Shown: piece after piece, positions 25,901-39,523 of the stretch | Position numbering within the stretch: position 1 is the first letter of the stretch | Layout: each line of letters begins with the position of its first letter | Source: Psilocybe cubensis | Taxonomy: Eukaryota | Length of the DNA stretch: 64,000 bases | NCBI GenBank assembly: GCA_017499595.2 | Contig: CM039005.1 | Location: 2,914,001 to 2,978,000 of the forward strand | Direction of reading: 5' to 3' | The notes under the pieces: generated by a model | The model's input: only the letters and a program-made list of their open reading frames with translations | The model's database searches: none | What the model was told of the DNA's origin: nothing | Program-made: the position numbers and the translations under genes

Positions 25901-28850
25901 CTCTGCTCATCACCTTCACCTTCACCACCATCACCGTCGTTTTCAGCGTACTCATCCGTGAGATATATATCGCTATCCGCACCTACACCATCAGGTTCCA
26001 CAATCGACGGTGTAAGCTTCGAATCCGGCCTCTCCCTCTCCCTCTCCCTCTCCTTGTCTTTCTCCGGCGTCCGGCGCACACCAACACCAGCACCAGCATG
26101 TGCAGCACGCACCTCAGACGCAATCCTTTTCGCCGGGGACATTTTCTCCCCATTACCAGTCCCAGCCCCAGCCCCAGCCCTCTTCGCACGGGTAACAGTC
26201 CCAGAACCGCCTCCCTGCCTCGGCGCCGAAATCGTACTGGCACTCGCAAAGCTCGCAACAGAATGCGTGCTAGCAGCACTACTCCGCACACTCGCGTTGC
26301 TCCTCGAAGGCGAGAGCATCGATCCCCTCTCCTCCTCCCTCTCCCTGTCCCTCTCGCGCCCGGAACGCACAGACGACGCCACACTCCCTCGACTACTGCT
26401 CCCTACTCCCCCGCCCGCACCGGCTCTAGACCCGGACCCAGATACACTCCCCGCAACACTCCGACTGAGCACGCTGACGCGCATACTGCTCGCCGCGTCG
26501 CTCTCCGCGTCCACCTTGGACGTGTGCGGGTGGTTCGATATCGGGCGGAGGTGGTGGTGCCCGTGGTGCCCGTGGCGCTGTCCCGCTTTCGCATGTGCAC
26601 CGGCGCGTTTGAGGTTCGATGGCGAGCCTGTCATCGACCCGGAGAGTGAGGGCGAAGAGGGGGAGGGCGAGAGACCCTTGTTGGATGTGTACGATGGCGG
26701 TGAGAGAAGGTCGTCGATGGGTACTTCGATGTCTAGTTACACAGATTATGTTGTGAATTGAATAGATGAAATGAAAGGAGATAGAGAGAAAACTCACGAT
26801 CGCTGATCTCCTTCAACGCCCATCCTTCAAGCACATCAAACCCTTTCTCCATGCGCACTTCAAGCCAGTGCTTTCCTATCCATCGCAGCAACTCGACGCG
26901 CGTCTGCTCGACCTGCACATGTACGTGGGACGTCACGGGCAGCATGGGCGCCGTCACATCCGTCGGATGCGGGCGCAGAAGGATGGACGAGACGAGCGTC
27001 TTTCCAGCGCGAAAAAAAAATCAATAAACCTACCTATTACATGATACAGCAAACAACGCACCTGATACAGCGCTGCAGCATACGGCTCCTTCACACCTCT
27101 CAAAACAGCCGCCATCGCCCACTCAACACGCTCGCCATCCTCAAAGCGCACTCCCCCGCTCTGCATAATCTCCATCCACTCCTCCGCCTCAAAACACCGC
27201 TCGCTCTCCCTCGCCAGCACCTCATCCACGCCCTTACGTCCCGCAAGCAGCATCTCCCTCACCACATCCGCCCAGGGCTCAATCACACTCCCAATCTTCC
27301 TCAGCGCATGCTCAGCCGCAAAGAGCAGCGGGAACGCGTTCTCCGGCGTCGTCCGCTTCGCCAGGCCGCGCAAGAGCGACTCGCGCAGTTTCGGCGGCAT
27401 CATGTTCCCGAACTCTGCCGTGCACCACCCTTCGCCGAACATACCCACCAACGCCCGCCGCGCGCCCCTCTCCAGACACGTGTTCCGCACATCCTCGCGT
27501 ACAGCGAATTCGAGCACGCGCGGCGCTCTCCTAGCGCACTGCCTGCACCGACACCCGCCCGTCCCCCATCTTCCCTGCGTAAGCGCCTCGTACGCCGCAA
27601 ACGGTATAAACGCGTGGAACAGCCCATGACACATCTCTTGTACAATGCGCGCCTGCACCTCATCATGCAGCGTCGGGAGCGAGAGGTACATCGCCGATTG
27701 CAGGAGGGAGAGCGCGGTAGCGAGGTCGTACGACCGATGCGAGAAGATGAGTGTGCCGGTGTATATAAACCCCAGTGTAAAGTGCAACGACGCAGGCGTG
27801 AACGGCGGCGACGGCAGCGTGAGCGTTGGAGGTTCGCCACCCCCACTAGCAACCGCTTTCGCAAGCGGCCAGCCAATGAGCGCGGTGTGGAAGTACGGCG
27901 AGCGCGAGACGAGGATGAAGCGGTGCGACGAGAAGATCGCGGTGGTGTTTTCGCCCTGCGCGCTGTGCGAGCCGCCAAAGTTGCCCGTGAGCGCGATCCG
28001 CACATCGGAGTACAATCGCGAGCGCCACATGAACACGAGGTCCTTGCGGAGCTTGTCGATGCGCAGGGATTCGGGATCGTCGGGGCTCAGCCCGTCCGCG
28101 GAGAGCGTGCCGGGTGCTGGACGCGGCGTCTCGCGCGAGTCGGCGGTGTCGAAGAGAAACTCGAATGCCTCACCGAAGCCTTTGCCTGTGTACAGGTACT
28201 CCAGCTCATCTGAGAAGAGCGACGGGTTAATGTTGGTCGTCAGGCGCAGCAGTGTCGTGTTGCTGCCGGGTGTCTGCGTCGTGGTATAGCTGCTGTGGTT
28301 ATTATGGTGTGCAAGGGACGTGGAAGCAGAAGGTGATGGCGAACGCCGTTCGAGCGCGAGGTTGATGGATGACTCGAGGCCTAGAGAAAGCGCCGAGTCG
28401 CCGATGGGGTATGACGGCGACGATGAGTACGGCGCAGGCGATAGCGCGCCGCCGTTCGGGCGAAACGTGAAATATCGATTCTGGAAGCTAGGCGGTGCAC
28501 GCGCATATACAATCGCTGCACCATCACAACATCCCAACACAACACACAAAAAAAAAGCACGACGGCATTATACACTCAAAACCCGCATATATACGGGATA
28601 AATACACACCTTTGTGACCCCATACCTCCTCTAGCATTCTGCTATCCTCCTCCTCGCTCCCTACGAGCTCCCAGACGACGTCAGGGAAGCGGTCCTTGGC
28701 GTGGTGGAACAGCGATTCGAGATCGCGCTGCCACGCGAGTGTCGAGTTCTTCGTGGCCTCCTGTAGGCCTGGCGGTGGCGGCTGTTGCTCCTGCTGCTGC
28801 TGAGAGACAGAAGCCAGTGTGGCTGTCGATGCGACTGCGAATGGGGCCAT
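22963..28850 (-). CDS. Large BTB/POZ + low-complexity linker + C-terminal CAP-Gly protein (4 exons, roughly 1,900 aa)
   Basis: BTB-like segments: FPDVVW..VWGHK/AIVYAR and YSDVRIAL..FSSHRFILVSRSPYF..LGFIYTG. CAP-Gly motifs: RYIGEV..GEWVGVE..NDGSWGGIRYF..GLFVRP. Introns near 28.52-28.61k, at 27000-27061 and at 26733-26797 join the ORFs in frame. Confidence 0.9.
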
Positions 28851-29013
28851 GGCCGGGGGTCGGTGTGTATCGTCGCGGCCACCTTCTTTGTCGCTGTCGT
28901 CTTTATCGTCTTCGTTGTAGATTTTCCTTAGTTTGTATGTGTTGCTTTTTCGCTTTGCTCTGCGTTGGTTTTTGGGTACTCAGGGGCCAAGCGAGGCGGA
29001 GCGGGTGGTGGTC

Positions 29014-29156
29014 GATAGCAAGGAGCAAAGGTTGCCAACGATGACCGGAAGGACTAGTGACAAACACGAGGCTTGTTGATTGTTTCTGTGGTTAGGGTTT
29101 GTTTAGGTAATCAGGATCAACGAGACTCCTGTTCCGCGTTTGCTTCCTTTTTCTCA
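29014..29156. promoter_or_regulatory. Upstream region of the BTB/CAP-Gly gene, directly repeated at 32584-32732
   Basis: About 140 bp (GATAGCAAGGAGC...GTTAGGGTTTGTTTAG...GTTCCGCGTTTGCTTCCTTTTTCTCA) is shared by both sites. It contains a telo-box-like AAACCCTAA on the minus strand. Confidence 0.6.
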
Positions 29157-30740
29157 TGACATTCACAAAGGATGAACTCTAGACTCGACTGCGTATATGA
29201 TTTTTACTGTCATCTCTGTTGCCACGGAGTGAATGTTATGTACGTAGTTCCCAACCGCACACACGGCTTAATTCAGGCTTAATTGAAGGGGTGTTTATCA
29301 CACTTCTATTTTGAACATTTATCCGTGCATTTAAGTAGGATTGATAATTCAAGGGTTATACACATGCATGTCATCCACGACGAGAAAATAGAACTCGGTA
29401 CCACACTCTATTCGCATTTCGACATTTGGTGCATCAGGGCTTGGTTGCTCTTACCTTCTTTCACTGTTTTGTCGTCTCGATCCATTCAAAGCTCGACGCA
29501 AAAGAAAGTAATGGATGGACAAGCGTATATTAGCGCTTTTGTCCCATATCGCACGTCAGTTATCACACTCCTAGACTTCATAATACCCAATGAGTCCACT
29601 TACACGTACGGTTTGGTCCTTTGTACGCACAGGCAGCCAGTTGTGTTCTTCCTTTCGCGGCGCTTGATGCTCTCGTTGCCCAATCTCTCTACTAGTAACG
29701 ACACATTCACCTCGGCAGCAGATCGTGCATATGCATCACATCTCTAACCACTTTGATGATAAGGTTCTTGTGCAAATTACTCGAAGTATTCTTTTGATAC
29801 CGCATGCCTCGTACGCAACATTTAAAAATTGAGATTTAGTGCTATCTCTCGGGGAAAAATACAATATACAAATGTACAAGTGAATTGTGAATACATTTGT
29901 TTTTCTCTTCTAGCAATTTCTGGTTACATGTTCGATCTGGGACTGTTGAAGTTCCATGGTCCACTGTGTGTTAGGCATCTGTATTTGTCTATGACTCTTG
30001 TCTTCTGAGGAGTGTATAGATCATTATTGGGCTTTGAAAGAACTTCACTGCCGTATTTATTATTTAGGTTAGATTTAGAAAGGCCCGAAGGCGGGTACGC
30101 GTTTCTCATGCGGAAGATACGCCGTCTAACTTTCCCAAGATCATGGATATTTGAATGATCTCCTTCTCGCTTTGCTAAAGTAATAAATGGGACTACATTT
30201 AAAATTGTCAAATGCCCTTATGAGCTGAAAACAAGTATTAGGTTGTACGGCCATACGGTTCTTAAGTGAAATTTAAATTTTGAAAATATTGTCACCACAC
30301 ATGACACTTGCCATATAGTGTATACTCATATTGACTTTTAATGCGACATACTGGGTGAGTTCTTAACACTACTTTTGTCACAAGTGCCTTTAACAATCGA
30401 CTCCTAGAATCAGACAGGTTTGCGTTCTGGGACTGCCTCAAGAAACAGACTTCATCAGCATAACTCAGCAAGGTAGTCAGTGTGTTAATATTATATGCTT
30501 AGGCAATCATCGTTGTCACCTTGACGTTAAATGTCCTTCACACAGCCCAATCATGATATTTTATCAGTTAGATCCGATGACCATTATGATTATAGCAGCA
30601 TATACAAAAGGGTCTAACGGCATGATGGTTGTCTGTAGGAATGTATTTATATAATAAAAGCAGAACAATAAATAGGCCTGCAAACCGTGAAGACTGATTA
30701 GCTTCCCCGTCTTTAGCTGTATAACCCAAAACACGGAAAT

Positions 30741-32266
30741 ATGCAAGACACCTCAGCTTCACATATCGAAAATCAAGCTCAAAATGAATACCAGCCTGAA
30801 CACACACTTTCACGGAAGTCAATAGAAAACAAGCGGAACATTTTCTTTTGGTCTTCAACTACACAGCATCTCATTGGCGGTGGGTGAACGCCGTCCACAG
30901 TCATTAGCATCTCTCATACATTTGATAATAGGGTTGAATCATGACGTTACGCCCATTAACAGCAGAATTGTGCATTCATGGGCTTCCCTTCTTGATTACA
31001 AAGGATCCCGCACGGCACGATTTGAGATATATCCAGTGACGGTAAAAAAGTTTAGTGCGGGAATCTTTAATACTCTGCGAACCCGTAGTGGAGCAAACAT
31101 CCCGGAATTCTCGACAGAGATTCTTCCTCCTGGTGATTATACTTTCCAGGTTTTTTCAGGTTAGTTAAATGTCGTTGTTTGTAAATGGCGGGATTGATAT
31201 AAACAATATGCAGAAAGAGTCGTTGATCCCATAGAACCCGTTCGAGATATAGATTCCTTTAAAACGCGCAAACTCGATGGGGAAAATGCAGCCGAGGGTG
31301 CATTAAATAAGCTCACGTCAGACCAAATACGCACGGTGAGGCATATTTCATTGTCACTTTCAATAAATTGAAGGTGGATAATGGTATTATCTCAATAGTT
31401 CGATGTACCCGGTAAAATACAGGAGTTTGTAATGGAGCGGGACCATGGTCGATGTGTGATTACAGGTGCATCACAAGTTGATTCAGTAACTGTTGTGTGG
31501 ATAATTCCTCCTTCGTTCGTGGATGCGGTACGGCAATATTTACTGACACCTACTGGTCGTTAACAATCACTTTCACACAATGCTGGTTTATAGATTCAAT
31601 ACCTCAAAGAAAATGATGTGATATATGACGAGCCTGAGCAAATCACCAACCAGAGTAATGCAATCACACTTCACGAGGATCTCAAAGATGCATTTTTCAA
31701 CAACGACTTCAGCGTCGACGTCGACGTTAGTACCAGTTTTATATGGCGTGCATGGGACAATAATAATTAACATTTCTCTACAGGATGACTATCGAGTTAT
31801 TCTGTTTCGAGATTTTGGACCTGCAGCACAGTCACTCAAGGGAGCAAACATTCAGGCGTATTTCCGCCGTGGAGATCTGAAAGATCAATTTTCTGGGCCC
31901 CACGATGTATTCCTCCGTGCTCACTTCGTACACTGCCTTTTCGTCAACTTCCTTGGCGGAGACATTTTTTTCCGGTATCCATGGAATGTTGTTGAAGAAA
32001 GAATAGTTGACCTCGGCTTGGATGAGGAAGGACGTCGTATTTCTCGCAGCCACGACTTATGGAAAGACGACTTGAGCCGAATTCTTTATGAGAGGCTTTA
32101 TGAAAGGCCGTTTGGGTCACATGAAGATAACAGTGATACAGATCCAGATTCTGACCAGATTAGCGAAACTGACGAAGATGACCAGAGTGATGATAATGAA
32201 AAGGAATATGAAGGAGAGGAGAGGGGCCCTAATTCAGAGGACGTCTCTCAAAGTGACGCCGAATAG
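30741..32266 (+). CDS. Pseudo-HNH family protein, copy F
   Basis: MQDTSA..RNIFFWSSTTQHLIGG / ..ILPPGDY / RDHGRCVITG..VVWIIPP / SNAITLHEDLKDAFFNNDFSVDVD / DDYRVILF..DVFLRAHF..long acidic tail. Confidence 0.85.
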
Positions 32267-32583
32267 GCTCCATAGATCGCCACGGGAATTGTCAATTTGT
32301 CCTTCATCCTACAGATTATAAATACTTACCAAAAATTACTATCTTTCTATTATCCCCTTATTTTTCTACTTGAATGCTCATTAGTTCATTAGTTCATATA
32401 GGCTCATGCCCAGCCATGGCTGACTTAGCTATTTCGAGCTCCGCTCGGTTGACATTGATTTTTGAAGACCTCGGAATGTCTGGCTAGAACGATTAATTTG
32501 CTATGCCAGTACCTGGTATGCTCTAGTATAATCTTGCCGCATCACAAATGCCAGTAGGTCTTCCTGCTAAGTTCGTAGGCTCG

Positions 32584-32732
32584 GATAGCAAGGAGCGAAG
32601 GGGTTGCCAACGATGACCGGAAAGGCTAGTGACATACACGAGCAATACACGAGGCTTGTTGATTGTTTCTCGGGTTAGGGTTTGTTTAGCTAATCAGGAG
32701 GCTCTTGTTCCGCGTTTGCTTCCTTTTTCTCA
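32584..32732. repeat. Direct copy of 29014-29156 placed just upstream of copy G
   Basis: Sequence comparison shows small indels only; it ends about 90 bp before the ATG at 32821. Confidence 0.8.
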
Positions 32733-32820
32733 CGGTTTGCCATATCATCATCCTCTATACTCGACAGCGTTCGTCGACTACTGGTCCCGTTACACAATTG
32801 TTATAGTCGCCATTCGAGAA

Positions 32821-34284
32821 ATGTCGCAGAAAGAGATATCGCAAAAGAAAGCATACTCACCTGCTCATCTGCTGTCAAAAAGATCGAAAGCATATAATCG
32901 CAACACATTTTTCTGGACTTTGCAAAATCCTCGAATCATCGGCGGTCAGTTTAATGCATCAATGCCCTATTGTGTTACTTCACAGATAATTTTAGGATTA
33001 AATAACAACATAACGCCTGTGACTAGCAAAACATTGCATAATTGGGCAAACCTTCTTCATGATGAGGGAGAATGTCCCGAATTTGAGTTCTATCCAGTCG
33101 ACGTCAAGCCATACAGGATCTTTAACCATACCCTGGCTCGAAGTGGTCCCAACATTCCAGCAATGTCAACCGATCTGCTACCTCCTGGAGACTACTGCTA
33201 TGATCTTCTCTCCGGCAAGTGTCGACGGCGTTACTTGACATTGTATATTTCAATAATGAATTTTACCGTTAAGATGGCCTGTTCAACCCTTTCAAGAGCA
33301 AGGTTTCCCTCCAATCCTTCAAATTAGTCAAGCATGAAACTGAAAACGCGGATAAATACGATGATCTACTCTATACACCCCAACCAGAACTGTTGCATCT
33401 GGCAAGTTGTATTTTTGGCCGACGCATGACGCTAACCCTTAGTTCTGCTAGTACAACGTGCCCGAAGACATTGCGAAATCTGTTCTTAAACGCGAACAAG
33501 GGAGATGTATCATAACTGGATGTGCTGATCCAGACGCGCTGACAGTTGCTTGGCTGATTCCACCCCTCTTCGTGAAACATGTAAGCAATTTGTTTTTCGG
33601 AAGCTCTCTTTGCTGAGTCGGATACCGATCGTAAACTAGCTTTATCATGTCAGGGGAAACAGAGAATACACAAGATATTCCGAAATAACCAAGCCGGGCA
33701 ACGCGATCACATTGCGTAAAGATCTGGAGGATGCATTTTTGGACGGAGCCTTTGGAATTGACGTAGATGTCAGTGACCCTTTTATGTTTCTTATCCAACG
33801 ACTTTAACTTGTACGCTTCAATTTTTAGGAAGATTACCGGCTTGTGATGTTTCGAGACATTGGCCCGGCAGGGCATACTCTCAAGGGATTAAACGTGAAG
33901 GCTTATTTCCGTAGCCCGGACGTCGAGGCACAGCGCACAGGACCAGAGGACATATTCCTCCGTGCCCAACTTGTCAACTGCATTTATGTCAATTTCCACG
34001 GGGGTGATATAAATGCCCAATGGACACCCGGAATGATAAGGGAAAAGGAGGACGAACTGGGCTTGAGCCCACGAAGTGATTTTCGTCGTCCAAGAAAAAA
34101 TAAACGATGGGAAGACGAGCTGGCTCAGATTGTGCATGAGCTTCATTATGGTAGACCTTTTGGGGACCATGACGACAATAGTGACACAGAGTACGATTCG
34201 GAGGTCTATAGTGACTCGGAAAGGGGTGGAGGTGGTAGAAATGAGGGTGATAGCTCGAGCAACGAGTCTAATCTGGATAAATAG
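32821..34284 (+). CDS. Pseudo-HNH family protein, copy G (third intron GC-AG)
   Basis: MSQKEI..RNTFFWTLQNPRIIGG / ..LLPPGDY / REQGRCIITG..VAWLIPP / GNAITLRKDLEDAFLDGAFGIDVD / EDYRLVMF..DIFLRAQL..DDNSDTEYDSE. Confidence 0.85.
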
Positions 34285-34949
34285 GAGGAACCGGGGAAGT
34301 CATTTGACATAACCTATCGACTTAATCACCAATTTCCTCGAGATTTGCGTCGTTTACCACGCTATATAACATACTTTGCGCGGACATCTCATCCAGTATG
34401 TCTTGAAAGTTAATGTACCAAGTAATCCCTGTCAATATCACAGTGCGTCGAGTTGGCAGGCCAAATTTAGTCAACAAATTATCCTAATATTCTAGTCAAA
34501 CTTGTCACAAAACAAATATAAATGCCCCGGAGGGAGAGAGAAATTACCCAATAGGATGATACTTTGATGTGTATTGTCCGTTGTCGAGGATTTCAAACCC
34601 AGGTCTCGCGGATTTAAGAATAGGGGTACCAAGTTCTCTCCACGTCTTTCTCACAGTCTGATATTTCGTGGTCGTCTCGTACCAATGGGCCGGGAAATCC
34701 AGGAACCCCATCAACCTCTAGAGTCTAAATTAGCTCCACCATCATCCGGATCATGCTCATAGAATTGTTGGTCAGTAACTAAAATAATTTTCTACGATAA
34801 AAATATTGCACCTGTAACAATCTGCCTATACAAAGTCATACCTCCTGAGCTCCCAGAAGCATACTTGTGGTAATAGAAGACAAGGATTGCAATGTGAAAA
34901 AGCATTAAAGAAAGCCAGTCGGACTCAGATGGTTCAAGACTTCCCCCTC

Positions 34950-35637
34950 ATGAAAATCTTGCTGGCCCTGTCCACATTCATTGCCTTCCCCTTTGCGGCT
35001 TCCGTGACTCTCGCGGATGTTCAGGCTGATATAAATACCATCATAGCGGTGGCTACAACCTACGACCAGGATATTATAGCGCTTTCGGCGGACACTCCTT
35101 CAGTTATTACCATTCTGGTCTGGTCATTTTCAAGACGCTTGATTTTATTAATATTTCAACGTACTAAATCATAAACAGGACGTTCACACCGACGCGGAAG
35201 TCCTTATCAGTTCACTTAATCAGTTAACCGCAGATTTGAAGGTTAACTCCAGCTGTCTGCCTGCCGACGTCAGCTAACGCATTACGGCAGAGCCTTCCCT
35301 TACCCATTGACGACGACGATGTCACTTCACTGCTAAATAATATCACATCATATGTGTCTCCTATAACGGACGCCTTGTCAGAAATTATTCTCAAGAAATC
35401 GGCCTTTGCCAGCTCGGATGTCGCAGGTGTTCCTGCAATCATATTGCGTGATCTCATTGGCCTAAACGCCAGCAACTCGAATCTTGAAACGACCATTCTT
35501 GCTACATTCCCTGAGGTAAGGAGTTGTTGCATTTTCTTGCAATTCATATGATTGTTGACGGCTCGTAAAAGATGGATTGTCACACTACTGCTGTAGATTC
35601 CGCATTTGCGAATGCCATAGCTGCCTATACCAACTAA
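34950..35637 (+). CDS. Secreted HsbA-like (hydrophobic surface binding protein A) helical protein, 4 exons
   Basis: Signal peptide, then TLADVQADINTI.. / DVHTDAEVLISSLNQLTADLK / ..ITDALSEIILKKSAF..GVPAIILRDL.. / ..VDSAFANAIAAYTN*. These patterns are typical of agaric HsbA-family proteins. Confidence 0.75.
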
Positions 35638-37719
35638 ACACTCCATCTACAACGGATTTACGGGTCAATTGGGATATATGATTATAAAAAGAGGATTCAA
35701 TCAGGAGTTGTAATTTTTTTACAGCGCGGTTGAGACATTATCTTCTAAAAGTATTCAGGTACCTCGTGGGGTGTTGGGAGAAGAATGATATGTATGTTTT
35801 TATAGCGCATCATGAAGTTCCTTGCCAAGTTCACGGTTCAATTGTCTCAAGCAAGGAGAATAAATCAAGTTCCTACATTGTCTTTCTTCCTGAACAGACG
35901 GAATTAGTTAATAGAGACGCAATGCTTCTATCAAGTTATAACCTACACCAGTGAGTACCAGCACACACTGACTGTATGATGGACATGATTGAGTTGACAC
36001 TACGGGTGATAACGACGACCTATTTGATTGGCTCGGACTACCATCAAAATGTTGCCGAATCAGACCGTCGGTCTTTGAAATGAAGCCTCGTTCCGATTTT
36101 TGCCGCGTCGTACCCTGTTGGAAGGATCTTAATCAGTCGAGGATGTTATATGGAAACCTCAATGGATGCAGCGGCCTTCAGCGGTGGGGGTGAGTGAGTG
36201 TATCTCTTCTTGATCAGCCTGATAGTCAATCACACTCACTTTACCTCTTTTGTGCTCCCTTCGAATCTATCTCCCCGCCACGACGACATGTGTCATGTTA
36301 GAAATGGAAGAGAAGTTGTACAGGCTTTTTCATGGACCCGTGGTGCGCCAATCCATCATCATGCGTCTTGTATACAGTTACGAATCTATATGTGCAATCG
36401 GGCGTGATTCTCCGAAAAAAACAACGAGGCAGGCGATCCAGATGACCTCCGAGTGTGTATTTGTTGTGAATGCATAGAAGATTCCTTGCAGTATTAACAG
36501 GAACTCGGCCAGTCCACTCGTTTCATCCCTTCCACAGTGAGTGATCCTTTGCTGTTCAATCCATGCTAACTCGTTCTTTGGTTCCCATCCTGCAGGCCTG
36601 TCAGTGCATCCTATCTACCTCGTCCGTCTATCTTGTCCAGTGAATATCACAGGGAGGTAGCTGGGCGAGTACATAAATTTTCTCATCTACTTCATGGTAT
36701 GCGACATGTTTACATTTCTTTTTCACGTGTCTTTCACCCTGTATCACCACTGTGTCAAATCGATCAGTTTGCCCTTTTGGATGCAGAGAGGTGGTCGTGC
36801 TTACCTTTGCGGCACGAATACATGAACGCGCACGACTGGAAGCTCGGCAGCGAGCAAACGTGAATGATTCACCCAATAAATGGACTTACCTTTTCTTATG
36901 AATACATCCAGTCCCCTGCTCATGTGCTGGGGATGTGTTTTACATGTTTCATTGCTAGTGGCATACCTTCGCGTGTCGCGCCGCTTCAAACTAAATGCTT
37001 CAGCCCTGTGACTTGTGCTTATCCAATAAATGGAGTTTATCCATCCCGCTTGAGCATTTGTCGTGGTCCCAATTGCAGGTAACATTCGACACTTCAGTGG
37101 AAAAATACCCAATTTCTGCACCGGAATGAACATAATGGTACCTGAGGTATAGTTTTGGAGAATGCCCTACCTGCTGTTCGAGCACTGTGATTGTGGTTAG
37201 GGTTTGAAATGTGCGGATGTTAGGGCCCTAGGGTCCAGGCCCAGGATATTATGTAATCGATGATATTCCGTTTTTCTCCTTGTCATTTTCTCATGCTCAC
37301 CACTTGATTCGAGGATGTTGCCGGAATGGGCTTCAAACTTAGGACATGCTCATGCCTCCGGTCTGTGATATATTACCTTGTTCTTCACATTAATCTCCTT
37401 ATTTCATCTGCAGCTCTCCGCTTCCTGGGTCCTCTGAAATCAAGAAACGAACAAAAAGGCTTAAACCGCGTCTGAATACTGGCACCCCTTAGCTCTTAGG
37501 CTTGCTGACAACTCAAACTGATATCCTGCCCTTGTCTGTTGGTGATGATCCCGACGAACTGGCCAGTCTTCCGTAATGAAGGTAGTCGACTCTTCTTTGC
37601 TCCCAAATATTGTAATAGTCTGTGCTCTCCCGGCTCATACCCAGATCTTAGAACCCAAAGAACATGCCGTTCTTGTATCCCATTACATGTGCGAAGTGCT
37701 CTGCATACCCTTTCCAGTA

Positions 37720-39523
37720 GAAAACTGACTATCACTCTTTGTGCACAATCTGGGACTTTCCGTGTCGTGTCTGATATTCACCCTGCCGTGAGCTGTCTCT
37801 ATAATTCAGATCGCTCACATGGGTTTTTTTATCAGACACGTTGCTGACAGCCCGAGATTTCCAGCACGACTTTGAGGGTCACAGATTTACAGTGGAGTTC
37901 GGACCGGGAACCTAGCTCTAAACGGTGACATTTCCTTGCACGCGGTCGTATTCCAGGACAGAAATTAAAACTGTGGGAATTTCAAAAATTCCAAAGCAAA
38001 AAACGATCGGTAACATCGATGAACGAACCCAACGCCATTGCGCTGCCTCAAATTCAACGGCAATGTCTCTGCCCGACAACACACAAGCGTCAAAATACAA
38101 GCCAGTCCATATGTTATCGAAGGTATCACGAGAACGAAATCGTGACACGTTTTTTTGGTCTCCAACTAGACAACTGTTGATTGGAGGAAAGTGCAACCTT
38201 ATTCAAAGTTCGCTCAACAGATCTCATTCTGTGAACTATTAGGTCTTAATCAGGAGATCACTCCGATTAGCAGCAAGATTCTGCATGACTGGGGTCGTTT
38301 CGTTGACGAGGACTGCCTTGACTTTGAAATTTACCCCGTGACGGTTGAGAAGTGTCGTGGGATGTTTGATTACTATCGTACGCGCAGTGGAGATAATATA
38401 CCAGCGGATTCAACGGACATTATTCCACCTGGAGACTACGATTTTGATATTCCTTCCAGTGAGTTCTCGGGGCATTGAATTTGAGGAATGCATACTAATA
38501 TTGCGCAATAGGCCCTTTCTCAAATCCTTTCAAAATCGTTTGCGGTATACCATCCTTCAAGGAAAAAAAGTACGACGCTGAACAGCCAAATTCACGCTCG
38601 ATGTTGAGGGTCAAACCGCAGTATATGCCTCTTGTCAGTCAAGTAAAGTCCCATTGCATCTCAATATAAATGTAACCTGTTGTTTGCTTTTAGTTCGAGC
38701 TTAATGATGCTATTATCGAAGCAGTAATGCATCGCGACAACGTCCAATGTATGGTAACTGGAGTTGCCAATGCCGATGTAGTCACTGTTGCATGGCTAGT
38801 TCCACCACCCTTTGTCAAAGTGGTATGAATCATATTTTCTCATTGTTTACTCATGCCCATGCTGAAGCCATGTATGGTTTTCACAGATGCAACAACTAGA
38901 AGATGAGAGTGAATACAAGGACCCCAATCAGTTATACATTCCAGGAAATGCTATAACATTGCAAAAGGATTTAGCCGATGCGTTTTTTGAGAACGCCATT
39001 GGCATTGATGTCAATGTGAGTTCTTTCATGCTTCAATTTTCATCACAATGACGCATTATCTAACCTAATGCAACAGGAAAACTATCGCGTTGTGCTATTC
39101 CGTGATATTGGTCCAATAGGCGAACCGTTCAAGGGTGCTACAAATATCCGGCCCTATTTCAAACAGCCCATGAATCGGGACCGGTTCAAAGGATCGGATG
39201 ATATTTTTCTTCGAGGACATTTCTTACACTGTCTATATGTCAATTTCTACGGAGGAGAAATTACTCGACAATACACACAGGAGGTAGTTGAACGACAAAT
39301 GAAAATTTTGAGGCTCATTGGAAACAGGCGTCCGCTTCCGCATAACCATCCCTTGTGGAAAAAAGAGCTGAGTCGGGAGATATACGAGTACTATTATAAT
39401 TCACCTTATAAATCCGACGATGATGCAGTAGACGAGGACCCTTGGGATAGCTCGGATGAATCTATCGATGAAATGGACGACGTTTCCAATATAGATGAAT
39501 ATGGAGATGATGTAAATCGTTAA
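37720..39523. repeat. Inverted duplicate of 14584-16420 (gene B plus its upstream region)
   Basis: Reverse-complement match includes introns and about 350 bp of promoter. Confidence 0.9.
38063..39523 (+). CDS. Pseudo-HNH family protein, copy B-prime
   Basis: MSLPDN..RDTFFW.. / RDNVQCMVTG..VAWLVPP / GNAITLQKDLADAFF.. / ENYRVVLF..DIFLRGHF... Close paralog of B. Confidence 0.85.

Noticed and set aside
22824..28601. Many long + strand and alternative-frame ORFs overlapping the BTB/CAP-Gly gene
   Set aside because: Shadow ORFs caused by GC-rich, low-complexity coding sequence; no recognisable motifs.
29790..30480. TATTAGGTTG at about 30236 as a mariner-like TIR
   Set aside because: No correctly oriented partner end and no transposase remnant.
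29090..37235. TTAGGG motifs as interstitial telomere
   Set aside because: Only isolated single units (about 29092, 32675, 37197, 37220), with no tandem array.
36198..37500. Fragmentary + strand coding-like sequence (also 2300-3300 and 63000-64000)
   Set aside because: Short frames broken by stops and no motif I can assign; may be decayed genes but not supportable.
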